Part shown: piece by piece, positions 63,031-64,000 of the stretch
Layout of the letters: each line of letters opens with the position of its first letter
Position numbering within the stretch: the first letter of the stretch is position 1
Source of the DNA: Chiloscyllium plagiosum
Lineage: Eukaryota
DNA: 64,000 bases
Direction of reading: 5' to 3'
Assembly (NCBI RefSeq): GCF_004010195.1
Contig: NC_057718.1
Span: 55,088,196-55,152,195, forward strand
Translations under genes and position numbers: made by a program
The notes under the pieces: generated by a model
Told to the model about the DNA's origin: nothing
Database searches by the model: none
The model's input: only the letters and a program-made list of their open reading frames with translations

Positions 63031-64000
63031 TGGGCTTATATAGATTAATTATCAACAGAGGTTTGATGTGCCAAAGAGAAAACTACAGGGTTCCTGAAAA
63101 TCTTTAATTGTAACATAAACTTGAAATCTACAACAAATGTGGTGGAAAATTACTTTTAAAAAATCTTGGTAGTGCTCTTTCTGTACTTCTAACTATTTTA
63201 CAGACAAGGAAATCTTTATTAGATTACATTTTAATGAAGTTATGTTATGTAGTACAGGGGCATAGGAATGCTGTGGCAAGAAGGTTATCATAGCATAACA
63301 TATCAATTTAGTAATCTGTTGGACTTGGTTGGCCTCCCAAATAAAAACAATAGATTACCTTGTGGGAGAAAATGTGTATTTATTATATTGATATCACAAT
63401 ACATATCACATTCTTCAGGTTGAAGGACAAATTCTCTAGGGTTGCTATGTGATTACAGATACTGGAGAAGACAATTACTGAGGAAAGTATGAGGTATACA
63501 CTTTATTTACAACCGGAGTTATTTAAGAATACATGGGAATATTTCTAAACCTCTTCATAAAATACAATGGTTCACCACAAAATTGAAGAAGAATACATTC
63601 ATGTGAGATCCACCAGACAACTGGCATTTTTTTTACAAAGTAAGATTATTTGCTATATTATGTAATGCCAATGCTTTTTGTTGATTTTCCTTTGTTATTA
63701 GAGATGACAATTTTGTTTGTATGTAGAGTTGTGCACTCTAATATGGCGATGTAACTACAGAGCTGTGAGATGCAGGTGTGAGGTTTGCAGGAGTTGTGAG
63801 ATTGGAAATTGGAACATATATATGAACCATGTTTGATAAAGGCTGGGTGAATTAAGGGAGTGTGATGAATTGAGCAGTTTTAGGGGCTATTGGGCCACTT
63901 GTAGGAAAAGATGACCTGACTTTGACCATTCATTTGAGGTCATTCTAGCAATGCTAGGTTATTGGATTGGAGATTCACTTGGCATTTCAAGCAGCGAAGG

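Overview
Repeat-dense vertebrate DNA, most likely a shark. This is inferred from HE1-type SINEs, HER1/CR1 LINEs, a DeuSINE and Penelope-derived repeats. The only host gene I can support is the 3' end of C2orf73/CIMIP6 on the + strand (coding exons 10856-10971 and 16968-17195). The rest is mostly nested, decayed transposable elements. These include an L1 with its 5' end intact (1-2546, -), a Gmr1-type Gypsy element with PR-IN-RT-RH order (2547-7340, -), PIF/Harbinger transposase and Myb-like remnants, many CR1 and Rex/Babar LINE fragments, solo LTRs, and Penelope-derived termini carrying minimal hammerhead-ribozyme cores. The standout is a ~16 kb degenerate provirus (about 19283-35574, +). It has two LTRs, a tRNA-Asn primer-binding site, a CCHC gag, a foamy-like RT, a Gypsy-like RNase H, an integrase and a class-I-fusion-type env, a combination best matching lokiretrovirus/foamy-like ERVs. 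All family calls come from motif recognition and recall without database searches, and boundaries of decayed repeats are approximate.
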